A DNA stretch of 59,008 nt, the filler included, from Pirum gemmata (Eukaryota): NCBI GenBank assembly GCA_002812295.1. It is 8 parts of 8 records of this genome, joined end to end, with 100 filler letters (N's around TTAATTAATTAA, not from the genome) between each part and the next. Parts side by side here need not be neighbours in the genome. Positions count along the whole stretch, not along the records: positions 1 to 7,355 come from PDIN01000158.1; positions 7,456 to 14,726 come from PDIN01000160.1; 6 more parts are not named here. One strand, 5' to 3'. Both the position numbers and the translations under genes were made by a program. Of the stretch, positions 1 through 12,210 are shown in pieces. The notes beneath the pieces are model-generated. The model had not been told where the DNA came from. It did not search any database and saw only the letters and a list, made by a program, of their open reading frames with translations. Every line of letters starts with the position of its first letter. Position 1 is the stretch's first letter.

Positions 1-301
1 GATTCTAGAATTTCCAAATTTTCACCATAATCTTTTAATACCAAAATTAGTAAAAAACTTCAAATATAGAGTTCACATTACTTTTTTAAAATGAATAAAT
101 TAAAGGTAATTTTTTCTTTCTGTTTTCGGCAGTTGTGCACGAATTTTGTTAACAAAAATGGTAATTTAAAAAAATAGTGATAAGATATCGTTAAAGTCTC
201 TTAAAAAGGACTAATTTTAGACTATGTTTTTATTGTTCATATGATGCTATATGACGTTTTTTATTATTTATATAAAAGTAGATTACGTCAATGACTACTT
301 A

Positions 302-446
302 GGGAGCGTTCAAATACTACGTAACGCCAATTTCCAGTCAAATACAGCTTTAAATACCCCTACTTACCTACCCCTCGACGTTAATTTCCGGTCAAATACC
401 ACCTACCTACCTACCCCTTGACGTGACGTATTATTTGAACGCCCCC
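302..446. mobile_element. MITE family A (PIF/Harbinger, Tourist-like), full copy
   Basis: TIRs GGGAGCGTTCAAATACTACGT / ACGTATTATTTGAACGCCCCC, flanked by TTA on both sides; 8 copies in the window. Confidence 0.85.
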
Positions 447-1393
447 TTACTAGTAGTTTTACAAACTTTTCTATTGTAAAATAACATGAAAAAGTGGATG
501 TTAATAGCTGTTTTTGAAGGGCTAGACGGTTTTTCTTATAATTCGAACGAAGAAACTGGAAGAAGTTTTTTGGCTAGGACGAGCTTTTTAGAACTTTTTA
601 GAATGAAATGCCAAAAAAAAAAAACCCTCCTTCGACCTATAGCAGTGCTTGAAATCTAATATGGATAACAAATTAACAATCCTTTTCTACAGCCTACAGG
701 AGGGGGGTAAGATTCGTCTCTAGCAGTAGGAACTGCTCGAAAAAAAGGGCCTTGGGAGAGATCATTCATTAAGTAGAGTTATATTCGAACCTTGGAAAAT
801 TTCCTCCTCGAATTTGTAACATGAGATCATCTCTGTGATCTCACCCCCTCTTTATAATATATCTTCGCATCGATATCTGTGGTATTATATCAAGTTATAT
901 CAAAAGTTATCAACACTTTATCAACACTTTATCAACCTATATTATAAATTTATAATAATACATTTTTTTTCCAAAAAATATTAATTTTTAATATTATTTC
1001 TACATAATATCATATATTATAAATTTATAATAACTAAAAGTTTTAATAATATTATCATATTTACCATATATTATTATGATTAGGGGTCTATATAGTATAT
1101 AACTCATATAAACACATTTATAGATGGATTTATTATTATTTATATATAGATTCATATGACACTGATATGACCATGGTATTACATTGTAGAAATTAAAGTT
1201 ACGTATACACTAAAGTCTAGTATATATTTATGCATAATTATACTTTATTAATGCTAAACCAATGCTAAACCATGCATATGCATATTGGGTACACAAATAT
1301 GAGCTAAATATCGCTATCATTATCCATTTATGACATTCGATAAAATAAATAGACAGTGAATAGACCATAATATCTATAGAGTTAATTAAACTA

Positions 1394-1549
1394 TCGTTCT
1401 TTTCAGTTGTTTTGTCATCACAAAATATACAATAAAGAGTACTAAATTAATAATTTTACTATCTATTTATTCATTTTTAAAAATGTTAATTTAAATATTA
1501 TAACCAACCAAATAAATATTCAGAGTGAAAAAATAAATGAAAAGCGCTA
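1394..1549. mobile_element. MITE family B (about 185 bp, TA-flanked, Tc1/mariner Stowaway-like), internally deleted copy
   Basis: TA|TCGTTCTTTTCAG...TGAAAAGCGCTA|TA; 21 copies in the window. Confidence 0.8.
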
Positions 1550-2117
1550 TAGTATTTTAAAAACTACAATTATTAATCGATATTGATATATTAATTAATA
1601 TATCTATATGGGATAGATTACCGTCTATGTTAGCAATGTATAACTAATGTATAGCTGTATAATATCATACAAACTGAACATGTGATTCGAAGTTAAAACA
1701 AACTTGGCCACCGCACTTTAGAATTATTTTTTTAAAAAAAAAAATAAAAAAAAATAAAATATAGACTACGATAACTCTACGATACTAAGAATTAAACTAT
1801 ATACAACAATCAATAGTCTATCATACTGAAAAAAAATAATAATAATAATAATAAAATAAATAATAATAAATAAGAATTACTGGACAAAATATTAATAAAA
1901 ATGAAAAGTCTAGCTATATTCATACTAGTAGCTGATTCATACTATCAATACTATCAATAGACTATTGATAAGTAGCTAGCTATATGATACTGTTCAGCTA
2001 GCTAGCTAGTCTACTCTAGTAGCTGGCTATGGTAACCATATAAAATCGAGTATCGATAACTTATCGATAGCTCTCTTTATCTAAGACTATCAGTAGACTA
2101 TGATAGTATCTAGACTA

Positions 2118-2293
2118 TAGCGCTTTTCATTTATTTTGTCACTCCGAATATTTATTTGGTTGGTTATAATTTTTCAATTGACATTATTAAATGAATAAAT
2201 GGATAATAAAATATACCAAATTAAATGAAATGGTTTCATATTATATTAATTTGGTACTATTTATTGTATATTATTATTTGTAGCGCCGACAAA
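2118..2293. mobile_element. MITE family B copy, one end degenerate
   Basis: Similarity to family consensus. Confidence 0.7.
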
Positions 2294-2369
2294 GGAGAGC
2301 AACAAAAGTGCAACAAAGGACATTTTCAGGAAAAAAAAAGAAAAATCTTTGGACTCGATTTATATCATA

Positions 2370-2847
2370 GGGAGCGTTCAACAAGGACGTCCGCCAAATG
2401 GGTAATATTGGAATTTCGTGACAAATTATGACCTCCTAGCTAGAGTAGTTAGCTAGTGGGTATCATATCATTATCATAATGTATCATATCACCTCGATAG
2501 TATTTTCAGAAGAGGACGCCATTTTTAAAAGGCATGCCTTATATATGCCTTGAACTCTTTTTATTATATTTAGGGCATCGAAATAAAAAAAATTTTAACT
2601 ATTGTTAGAGCTATTTTTAGTCTATTTTTCAACTATTTTTAGGGTAGTTTAATTAGCAGTAGTTTTTAACTGTAGTTTAGCTGGTAGTTTACACATTTTT
2701 TAGAGCCTTTATTATTTAGGGTACTATTTTTTAAAAAAATGACGTCCTAGGTACGAAATCTCAAAATGACGAAGAGTGACCCAGGGGGTATATAGAAAGG
2801 GGTAGTCGAACCCTCTAAAACGGAGGACGTCCTTATTGAACGCTGCC
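2370..2847. mobile_element. Non-autonomous PIF/Harbinger-like element (478 bp) sharing the family A terminus
   Basis: 23-bp TIRs GGGAGCGTTCAACAAGGACGTCC / GGACGTCCTTATTGAACGCTGCC with 2 mismatches; ATA on both flanks. Confidence 0.75.
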
Positions 2848-3334
2848 ATAGACAGCCATGGAGTTTTATGTTTTGATAGTTTTGATGCTGTTAAAATTTG
2901 ATTGTGATAATTTGGCAGATAGCTACTAAATTTGACACCTCTAGCTACAGACTAGCTACAGCCTCTAGCTAGCTAGCTAGAGAGACCTATCAGACACACA
3001 TAGCTATCGATAGCTAGCTAGCTAGCTAGTCTAGTCTAGCTAGTAGGACTAGACAGTGACTACTATTGTCAGTTAGACCCAGTTCTAGACCCCTCTAATG
3101 ACACTTCTATGATACTAAAAACCCTATCATATTTATTATAAAAGCAAATAAAAACAAAATGTACACCCACCTCCTAGAAAATTATCATACTTTTTTTTTT
3201 TTTATGATAGACCGTCTATGTATGATATCAAGGACTTCAAAACTTGATGATATGCATACTTTTTACGAAATGCAGACTTTATATATCAAAAAGGAAAAAA
3301 AAAGTGAAAAAAATAACCACATTTGGCAATGCTT

Positions 3335-3381
<47 letters not shown>

Positions 3382-4042
3382 CATATGTAATAAAAAAAAA
3401 AAACTATCTACTACTATTAAAAGTCTATTTTTTCAAAAAAAATAGAACTATGCATAGTATCATATATTCAACTGTATATTCACTGTATATTCATAGCTAT
3501 TGCATTCCAGCATCCCAACCATTAGTAGACTACCATGGTAGACTAGGAGGCTATCTAGTAGTATCTACTAAGTAGACTCGATTAGTCTACTCGCAAAAAA
3601 AATATATTATCGATAGACTATGGTTATAATAATATTATGTTGATACAGACTCATACTCATACAGTTGATAGTCTACGTAAATATTTTTATAAATAAATAT
3701 CATAGACTAGATAGACTAGATATAGACAGGAGTCTTAGACAGGAGGGATGACATACTGATGACATCCCCTTTGGCAGAAATTTGGAGATACTAAGGTTAC
3801 AAAAGGAATTGAGATGGCAAAACATTATTACTTAAAATAGATATTTATATCCTTAAAATAGTAGTTTACTATATTAAGTATTACTATTAATAGTTATAAG
3901 TTAACTTNNNNNNNNNNNNNNNNNNNNNNNNNNNNNNNNNNNNNNNNNNNNNNNNNNNNNNNNNNNNNNNNNNNNNNNNNNNNNNNNNNNNNNNNNNNNN
4001 NNNNNNNNNNNNNNNNNNNNNNNNNNNNNNNNNNNNNNNNNN

Positions 4043-4225
4043 TAGTGCTTTTCATTTGTTTTGTCATTGTAAAGTATACAATAAATAGTACCAAATTAAT
4101 ATTATATAAATTCATTTAGTCTAATTTGGTATATTTTGTTATCTTTATATTGATTTAAAATTGTCAATTTAAAGATTATAACCCTCCAAATAAATTTTCG
4201 GAGTGACAAAATAAATGAAATACAC
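4043..4225. mobile_element. MITE family B copy
   Basis: Closely matches the copy at 16371-16555. Confidence 0.8.
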
Positions 4226-4520
4226 CAAGGACTTCAAAAAAAGAACCACAACACACATAGACTACACGATAAATAATAAATAATAGACTAATATGAATGG
4301 TTATTTGCAAGTTATTTATATTATAATATTATGTCATAGTCTAACTGTTTTTTAATTTTTTAATAAAAAAAAATAATAATAAGACTAGACTACATCAGTC
4401 TACATAACATTTTAAATTTTATCATAAATAAATGTAGACAAGGTCTTTTTTTGCAGTCTTTTTCTTTTCTGAGTCTTTTTTCTATCGCGTTTTTCAATAT
4501 TGGTAGTTTAGTTAGTTAGC

Positions 4521-4670
4521 TAGAGTGTTGTCCAGTTCAAAAACTAAAGTAAACATACCAAATTACTAATATAGTTAAACAATCAGACCCAATTTTACTT
4601 AATTAATGTTGTGTTTTATAAACAAGTTCAATTAACTTAATTAAACAGTACCAAAAAGATTAAGAGGACG
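4521..4670. mobile_element. Repeat family D (Tc1/mariner-like terminus)
   Basis: Homologous to the reverse of 9614-9833 and to 11251-11405 and 41585-41620. Confidence 0.6.
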
Positions 4671-4837
4671 TAAAAGCTAGCTAGCGGCTCGAAACCTCAA
4701 TTTTTTTTAAAAAAAAACAAAGCAGCAACCCAGGTCTAGCTAGCTAGCTAGAGCTATCTGATATTGATATGATATATCAGAGTTAGGATAGACTATCAGA
4801 GTGATATGATCTGATATCATAGACTAGTCTAGCTAGT

Positions 4838-5230
4838 ATGGTGGGGGAACTCAACCTGATTCCATATCTAACCCCCGGTTCACCGAGCCGTATCTCGACC
4901 CCCAGACATGGTATGAAAATTTTGAGATCGTGAATGGATAGCTTTTAACGAGCTGAGTCTCCCTACTGACTCGCTTTAACTTCACATATTTTTAAAAAGT
5001 CGAACATCGAAAATAAAAAAATTTAAAATTTGGGCAAAAATTCCCAAATTTTAATTAGGAAAGTACCCCACCATGACCTCCTATTATCCCCAAACTTGGT
5101 GGGATTAAAGCTTTTGGCAAAAGAATAAAGTATGGCTTTGTTTGAAATCGAAAAAATAATTTTTGAAAAAGTTATGATAAAAAAAAAAAATTCAAAAAAA
5201 TGAATTTGGCACTCCTTCAAGATTGCCATA
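4838..5230. mobile_element. Putative non-autonomous DNA element with TATGG...CCATA ends; second copy begins at 7270
   Basis: The first 86 nt recur almost exactly at 7270-7355 (cut by the linker). Termini TATGG/CCATA; no TSD seen. Confidence 0.4.
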
Positions 5231-6844
5231 TGGAGACTATATATATAAATCTAGGCCCTCTAGATTTCTATCTGGAGCCTCCAGATTTGATTACTATGTA
5301 ATATTTGATTTGAAACAACTTCGGTCGTTGTTTTGGTTGTCGAGTTCTAGCTAGATGCTTGGAGTTGCGGACGGCGCCGTCCGCGTAGACGTGTAACCAC
5401 TAGCTAGAGTAGACTTAGTTTGAGTATGATATATATAGCTAGCTAGCTAGCTAGTTAGCTAGTAGAGCAGTTCAGTATCATAACTCTAGCTACCAGTAGT
5501 CTAGCTCATCTCTAGCTAGCTAGCTAGTAGAATGTCATAGCTATCATAATATAGCTACTTATGAGACTATGCATACCATTGCAAGAACTATTGCAAGTCT
5601 TCACTAAGTCTTCGCTTAACACTTTTGGGGTTTTTAAAAGTTATTACTGGTAGTTAGTAACCTGTGTTAGTAACCACGGTGTTAGTAAAACTGTTATGAT
5701 ATGATAGTAACCATGTATGATACTCGAGGTATGAAGTAATACTATCTGATACTATCATAGTCTAACTATTCTAAAAAAAATCTAAGTTTCACTAAAAACT
5801 TCATAGTCTAATAATATATCATGTAAAAACCCTTACGGCTCACTCTTGGTTATCGTAGTTAGTGAAAGGTATCGATAAGTGATAAATAACGTCACTAGCT
5901 AGGTCGGATTGTGTGAACCCTTCGATCTGAACATCTTCAACTCGATACTATAATGAGAAACCGGACCTTCTTCACATTAAGGATACTAGCTAGTCTAGTC
6001 TAATAAATCATAAATAAAAAGTAGTTTTTATAGATAGAGATGGATTATGAATCTATGATAGAGAGAAAATCTAGTGAAAATCTATTCTAGCTAGCTGGCT
6101 AGCTAGACTACGGGGAAAAAGTAGACTAGAAAAAATTCTGAAAAACTAAAAAACAGGGTCTACCGAGTCTGTCTACCGGGGACTCTACCCTATATCATAC
6201 TAGCTATGATAGCTAGCTAGCTAGTAGTGCTACTAGCTAAACCCTACTGGAGCTTACTGGAGACTCCTCAGAGGCCCTGCCTGACCCCTAGCTAGCTAGC
6301 TAGTATTGGTTACTGTAGTTAGCTGGCTAGCTAGCTAGTAGGGAATTACTCAACATCATAGCTACTAGCTAGCTAGACTATGATAACCACTGATGATAAC
6401 CATATCAGGATACTATGATAGTTATCCGGGATATCATATAGCTAGCTAGAGACTTATTAGCTAGCTAGCTATGATAGCTAGTAGCTATGATATAAGTAGG
6501 GGTTCTTCCAGAGGGTTCTTCTATCTAGCTAGGTTCTTCTATCAAATATTGATCAATGATCATATCATATGATCGCTATAAATAGACTGAAAAACATTAG
6601 ACCAACGAGACAACAACGACAAAAAAAACAAAAACCAATTTTTGCAATTTTTGTATGATTTATTTATAAACCACGATAGTCTGAGATATCCTGATATCAT
6701 AGTCTATATCATACTAGCTATGATACTAGAGCTAGCTAGTAGTATGATAGTAGGTCTGTTATATATATTATATAAAACAAAAAAAAAAAATTTAACTAAA
6801 AAGTTGCTATCACTGAAGATATTATTAAACCAGATGATATTTCT

Positions 6845-6901
<57 letters not shown>

Positions 6902-7355
6902 TTGAATTTATCTGGATATATAGACCTCCTTTTTATACCGTAATAAAAAAGGCGGGAAATAGTCGGGAAATTGGTTTACAAAGCTGTTTACAACCACTAG
7001 CTAGCAACCACTAGCTACAATGAACGGTGTAATTAGCATCACTCTTTAATTAGTGTCTCTTTCAAATTTTGTGTGACACTAATTACAGCAAAATTCTTTC
7101 AAAATTACCAAAAATAGTTTATACACTACTAAATATAAAAAAAATAGGGAAACTAAAAAACAAGATTTTTTTTTCGGGTCCAGCAGTGTCTTACACGCTA
7201 TTTATTAGTGTAGCTAGCTAGCTAGCTAGACTCTAGCTATCATAGCTAGACTGTATGATAGCTAGCTAGTATGGTGGGGGAACTCAACCTGATTCCATAT
7301 CTAACCCCCAGTTCACCGAGCCGTATCTCGACCCCCAGACATGGTATGAAAATTT

Positions 7356-7455
7356 NNNNNNNNNNNNNNNNNNNNNNNNNNNNNNNNNNNNNNNNNNNNT
7401 TAATTAATTAANNNNNNNNNNNNNNNNNNNNNNNNNNNNNNNNNNNNNNNNNNNN
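7356..7455. other. Artificial contig linker N44-TTAATTAATTAA-N44
   Basis: Identical 100-nt six-frame-stop spacer occurring seven times. Confidence 0.95.
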
Positions 7456-8702
7456 ATAATAATAATATAATAAAATAATAAAACAAAACTGAGACCTAAT
7501 AACCACAAACAAACATATTAGTTGCCATTTTATGTTTTTGGTTTGAGGTACGTTCGGGTTGGGGTTTTGAAAATTTTGGTTGGGTTTTTTGTTTTTTGAA
7601 CACTGCTGTCGTTAAACCTCCCCCAATTCTGCTCAAGCCGAAAAACTCGAATTTCTGCTGTCGAAAAAAAAGCCGAAATTCAGCCCTGTTTGAAAATTGC
7701 CTTTTCCATTTTTTCGGGTTTATTAATAAATAAATATACTTGAATACTTAACTGTTAGTTTAAATTGTTCGAACTTATTTAATTAATGCATAGGCTCGAA
7801 AACTCATTTTTTAAACAAAGCAGAATTAGGAGAAGTCTGCTATCGTCTGTTGGAGTATTTGACAACTAGTCTAGTCTATTTGACAGCAGGTTTGACACTG
7901 ATTTGAAAATTAGAAAAAAAATAATAATTATAAATAAAAATAAAAATAAAAATAAAAATAAAAAAAAAAAATCCCAGAAGAAACCACAAATAATGGTGAG
8001 ACCGTGGGAGGTTGGGAACCTCGGAACACTGGAAGCCCAAGCAAGCTATTCCCAAGCTAGCTGGCTAGCTAGACTGTTAGCTAGAGTACTATCTGATACT
8101 ATCATATTACTAATACCTATGCCTCTTTGCCCAAAACACTTTTAGTTTAAGTCACACTTTCGAGCAATGACTTCTATCATAGAATAAGTGACGTCATTTA
8201 TGGATGTTCCCCTACTACTCCAGTACTACTCCCTATCTGATACTATCATATCCCCATAACTACCCCCATATTGATACTACTACTAGCTAGTAGCTAGCTC
8301 TGGAACCCAGCTCTAGCAAGATTTTTTGACACCTCATTCCGTCAAAATCGCTCACCCACCCTGTTTCAGTCAGAAATTTGACGGATGACGCAAATAGTAA
8401 AACCGAAAAAAAATGCTTAATTACTATTACTATTACTATAATACTATTACTATTACTATTATTATTACTAATACTAATACTGATTAATACCATTACTATT
8501 TACTGTTATAATTACTATTACCATTATTATTACTATTACTATTACTAATACTAATATTATTATTATTACTATTACTATTATTCTTTCTCTTACTCTTACT
8601 ATTATAATTAGTACTGACACCCCTCCTCTTTAGCTATGATAGCTAGCTAGTTAGACTACAAAGTTCAAATCTTTTTTGGAAACCTATATCATATTAATAT
8701 AT

Positions 8703-8847
8703 AGCGTTAAAATAATATATCACGTCAAGGGGTAGGTAGGTAGGTACTATTTAACCGGAAATTAACGTCGAGGGGTAGGTAGGTAGGGGTATTTGAAGCT
8801 GTACTTGGCCGGAAATTGGCGTTGTTACGTAGTATTTGAACGCTCCC
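8703..8847. mobile_element. MITE family A copy
   Basis: Reverse complement of 302-446; ends TTTGAACGCTCCC-TTA. Confidence 0.8.
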
Positions 8848-8871
8848 TTACATGGCTAAGTTTACAAGTAT

Positions 8872-9011
8872 TATGCTTTCATTTATTTTGTCACTCTGAA
8901 TATTTATTTGGTTGATTATAATATTTAAAAGTTGACATTTTTAAATGAATAAATATATAATAAAATCTACCAAATTAAATGAAATGGATTTATATAGTAT
9001 TAATTTGGTAC
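8872..9011. mobile_element. MITE family B, truncated copy within a tandem duplication
   Basis: Nearly identical to 9072-9207. Confidence 0.75.
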
Positions 9012-9071
9012 TTGGAAACCTATATCATAGCTCTATTATATTACATGGCTAAATTTACAAGTATTGCAATT

Positions 9072-9253
9072 GTGCTTTCATTTATTTATCACTCTGAATA
9101 TTTATTTGGTTGATTATAATATTTAAGTTGACATTTTTAAACGAATAAATATATAATAAAATCTACCAAATTAAATGAAATGGATTTATATAGTATTAAT
9201 TTGGTACTCTTTTATTGTATATTTTATGATGACAAAACAACCGAAAAGCACGA
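9072..9253. mobile_element. MITE family B copy
   Basis: GTGCTTTCA...GAAAAGCACGA-TA. Confidence 0.8.
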
Positions 9254-9286
9254 TAGGAAGTAGTTTACAAGTAGTAGAAATCTAGC

Positions 9287-9338
9287 TAGTAATCAGTAGT
9301 AATAGTAATAGTAGTAATATTAGTAGTAGTAGTAGCTA

Positions 9339-9379
<41 letters not shown>

Positions 9380-9565
9380 CTAGTAGTAGTAGTAGTAGTA
9401 GTATTAATAGTAGTCGTGGTAGTAATAGTACGTAACTATATAATTATATGTAGTAGTATTAATAGTAGTAGTAGTAGTAGCTATAGTAGTAGTAATAATA
9501 GTTGTAGTTGTAGTAATAGTAGTATGATGTAGTACTAGTCTAGCTAGTAGTAGTAATAGTAGTAT
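9287..9565. repeat. (TAG)n microsatellite region
   Basis: Direct reading. Confidence 0.9.
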
Positions 9566-9613
9566 ATATATTATGATATTAATAGTATCATATCGTCTAT
9601 TTTATTACTAGTT

Positions 9614-9833
9614 ATCCTCTCAATCTTTGATTTGGTACTGTTTTTTAAAAGCGTATAGTAGTATCAATAGTAGATTCAATCTTTAATTTGGTACTTTTTA
9701 AAATTAAGACTTAGTGTATAATTGAACTTGTTTATAAAATACCAAATTAATTAAAACATATCTGATAGTTAAATCATTATAATGATTTGGTAGTCTACGT
9801 TTATTTCAGTTTTTGAACTGGACAACACCCTGT
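9614..9833. mobile_element. Repeat family D copy
   Basis: Ends GGACAACACCCTGT (reverse ACAGGGTGTTGTCC), a Tc1/mariner-type terminus. Confidence 0.6.
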
Positions 9834-9934
9834 GGGCTAGCTAGAACCCTGTGGGCAACAAACACCATTGACTTTTCCATATACAGTGTTATAACATCAC
9901 TATAAACTACCCCTGTGTAGTCCTTGTGTGGGCT

Positions 9935-10189
9935 CTACTTCATATTTTTTGAGTCGGATCGATGCAGGGAAAGATCCCGAATCATATTCTCCTATTATTA
10001 TTTTTTTGATTTTTTAAATTGATCGAGTAAATCGAGTCGGGGTTTTCGGTCGGGGTTAAAATACTCGAAACCGACCGAAAGCCCCGACTCAAATTACTCG
10101 ACCAATTTAAAAAATCAAAAAAATATAATAGCAGAATATGATTCGGGATCTGTTCCTGCATCGATCCAACTCAAATATTATGAAGGTAG
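9935..10189. mobile_element. Foldback element: about 115-bp inverted arms with a short loop
   Basis: TTGAGTCGGATCGATGCAGGGAAAGATCCCGAATCATATTCT...GAGTCGGGGTTTTCGGTCGG pairs with CCGACCGAAAGCCCCGACTC...AGAATATGATTCGGGATCTGTTCCTGCATCGATCCAACTCAA. Confidence 0.8.
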
Positions 10190-10190
10190 G

Positions 10191-10333
10191 CTATTACTTT
10201 AATTGGTATCTACTATAATTAGATTTACTATTTTAAGCTATTTAACTGCCATTATTAGTAAGAAACACGGAACTAAGGTTGGCTCGATAAGCATCTGTTC
10301 GAAAAAAGTTCCAGTAGATATCTCACCCCTACT
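10191..10333. mobile_element. MITE family C, partial copy
   Basis: Right part only, directly after a foldback element. Confidence 0.75.
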
Positions 10334-10556
10334 GGTCTACCTGTCTACTCACAGAGGTAATTTTTTTTTTTAAAAAAAAAAAGTGATGTTGCTGTTTATG
10401 GAAAAGTTGGATTTGACAACCCTACCTTGAAAAACAGTAACCCGCAAATCACAGTGAACAGTATGCACTTTTCGGTTTACAAAAAATACGAAAATAGAAG
10501 TAGACTGTAGACGCCCACCACAAAAAATACCACAAAAAAAATAAGTGAGTCAATAC

Positions 10557-10787
10557 AGTAGGGGTGAGATGACGTCATTTTATTATTACCGAACAGCTGC
10601 CGGAACTTTTCCGATTTTATGGTTTATTACTATTAATGTTAATATTATTTCTTTAATTGGTATCTACTATAATTAGATTTACTATTTTAAACTATTTAAC
10701 TGCTATTATTAGTAAGAAACACTGAACTAAGGTTGGCTCGATAAGCATTTGTTCGAAAAAAGTTCCAGTAGATATCTCACCCCTGCT
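10557..10787. mobile_element. MITE family C (about 231 bp, TIR AGTAGGGGTGAGAT, 8-bp TSD)
   Basis: Flanks GTCAATAC / GTCAACAC. Confidence 0.85.
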
Positions 10788-11250
10788 GTCAACACTGAGT
10801 CAATGTAGCTACTAGTAGCTGTCAATACTCTGTCAATACTTTTTTAATAATAAGATCGAAATATTTCGAAAGTTTCGAAAGACGAACTAGTCTCGATTCG
10901 ATAGTTTCTCCCACATCTCCCAGTTCTCCCAGAAGCCCCAGTTCGCATTTTGCTAAATTTTCGCTAAATTTTCATAGTAAGCCACTAGTAGTAAGCCACA
11001 TAGCCCCAGTTCACATTTTGCTAAATTTTCAGTAAATTTTCGCTAAATTTTCATAGTGAGCCACGAAGGTGAGCCACGCACCAACCCAAAATAGCCCAAA
11101 AATTTTCAAAGGGCGACGGTCCGCCGAGTCGCTGACAACTGCGAGTCTGCGAGACTGCGACCACTTGCTCTTTGGGGAGTCTAGCTAGCTAGCTACCAGA
11201 GGAGGCAAGTCAGGCAACCTAGACTACCGTGGTATGAGAGTTTTGACCGA

Positions 11251-11405
11251 CGAAATAAACTACCAAATTATTATTATGGTTTAACTATCAGACATGTTTT
11301 AATTAATTTGGCATTTTATACTTAAAATGTTATATTTTATAAACAAGTTTAAGTGTACACTTAATTTTAAACAGTACCAAATTAAAGATTAAAAGGACAA
11401 CTGTA
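11251..11405. mobile_element. Repeat family D copy
   Basis: Shared ATAAACAAGTT and CAGTACCAAATTAAAGATTAA blocks. Confidence 0.55.
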
Positions 11406-11502
11406 ATGAAATAGTCTACCACTACTACTATCGAGTACTATCGATAACTAGACGATAATATTATGATAGTAGTAGAGCTAACTAGCTAGCTTAGTAGTAG
11501 TA

Positions 11503-11647
11503 GGGATGTGTTCAAATAATACGTCACGTCAAGGAGTAGGTAAGTAGGTGGTATTTGACCGGAAATTATCGTCGAGGGGTAGGTAGAGAGGGTATTTGAA
11601 GCCGTATTTGACCGGGAATTGGCATTATGTAGTATTTGAACTCTCCC
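11503..11647. mobile_element. MITE family A copy
   Basis: Same internal GGTA repeats and TTTGACCGGAAATT motifs, with both TIRs. Confidence 0.8.
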
Positions 11648-11689
11648 TGGCTAGCTAGCTTGACTAGGATTCAAAATTTAATTTCAAAA

Positions 11690-11872
11690 CCCTAACCCTA
11701 ACCTAACCCTAACCCTAACCCTAACCCTAACCCTAACCCTAACCCTAACCCTAACCCTAACCCTAACCCTAACCCTAACTCTAATTAACCCTAACCCTAA
11801 CCCTAACCCTAACCCTAACCCTAACCCTAACCCTAACCCTATTAGACCCTAACCCTAAAGTCCCTAACCCTA
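11690..11872 (-). repeat. Interstitial telomeric repeat (CCCTAA)n
   Basis: About 28 mostly perfect units. Confidence 0.9.
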
Positions 11873-12210
11873 TTCAAAATTCAAATCATTTTTACCAGTT
11901 TTTTACCTGTCATTTTTTACTTATAGATTACAATAAAAATGCGAGTGTAGTGCGAGTATTCGTAGCTAACTCCAATCCTAGCTAGAGCTCCATTTTTTTT
12001 TTTCGCAGATTCAGTGACGTGCCCGTGATTTTAACTATTAGTTATGATAGCACTTAATTAATAGTTAATTTTTTATTATATTATTATATATGGGACAAAG
12101 ACTCAAAAGACCCAAAGGTGCCTGTAAATTATATTATAATACATATTATATATATTATAATATTCAGATTGACAAAATAAATGAAAAGCACAATAATATT
12201 GGGACGAATT

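Noticed and set aside
3159..3575. 138-aa ORF
   Set aside because: Runs through poly-T and poly-A tracts; no protein-like composition.
7400..7411. TTAATTAATTAA as a recurring regulatory motif
   Set aside because: Always centred in 44+44 Ns; a synthetic six-frame stop spacer.
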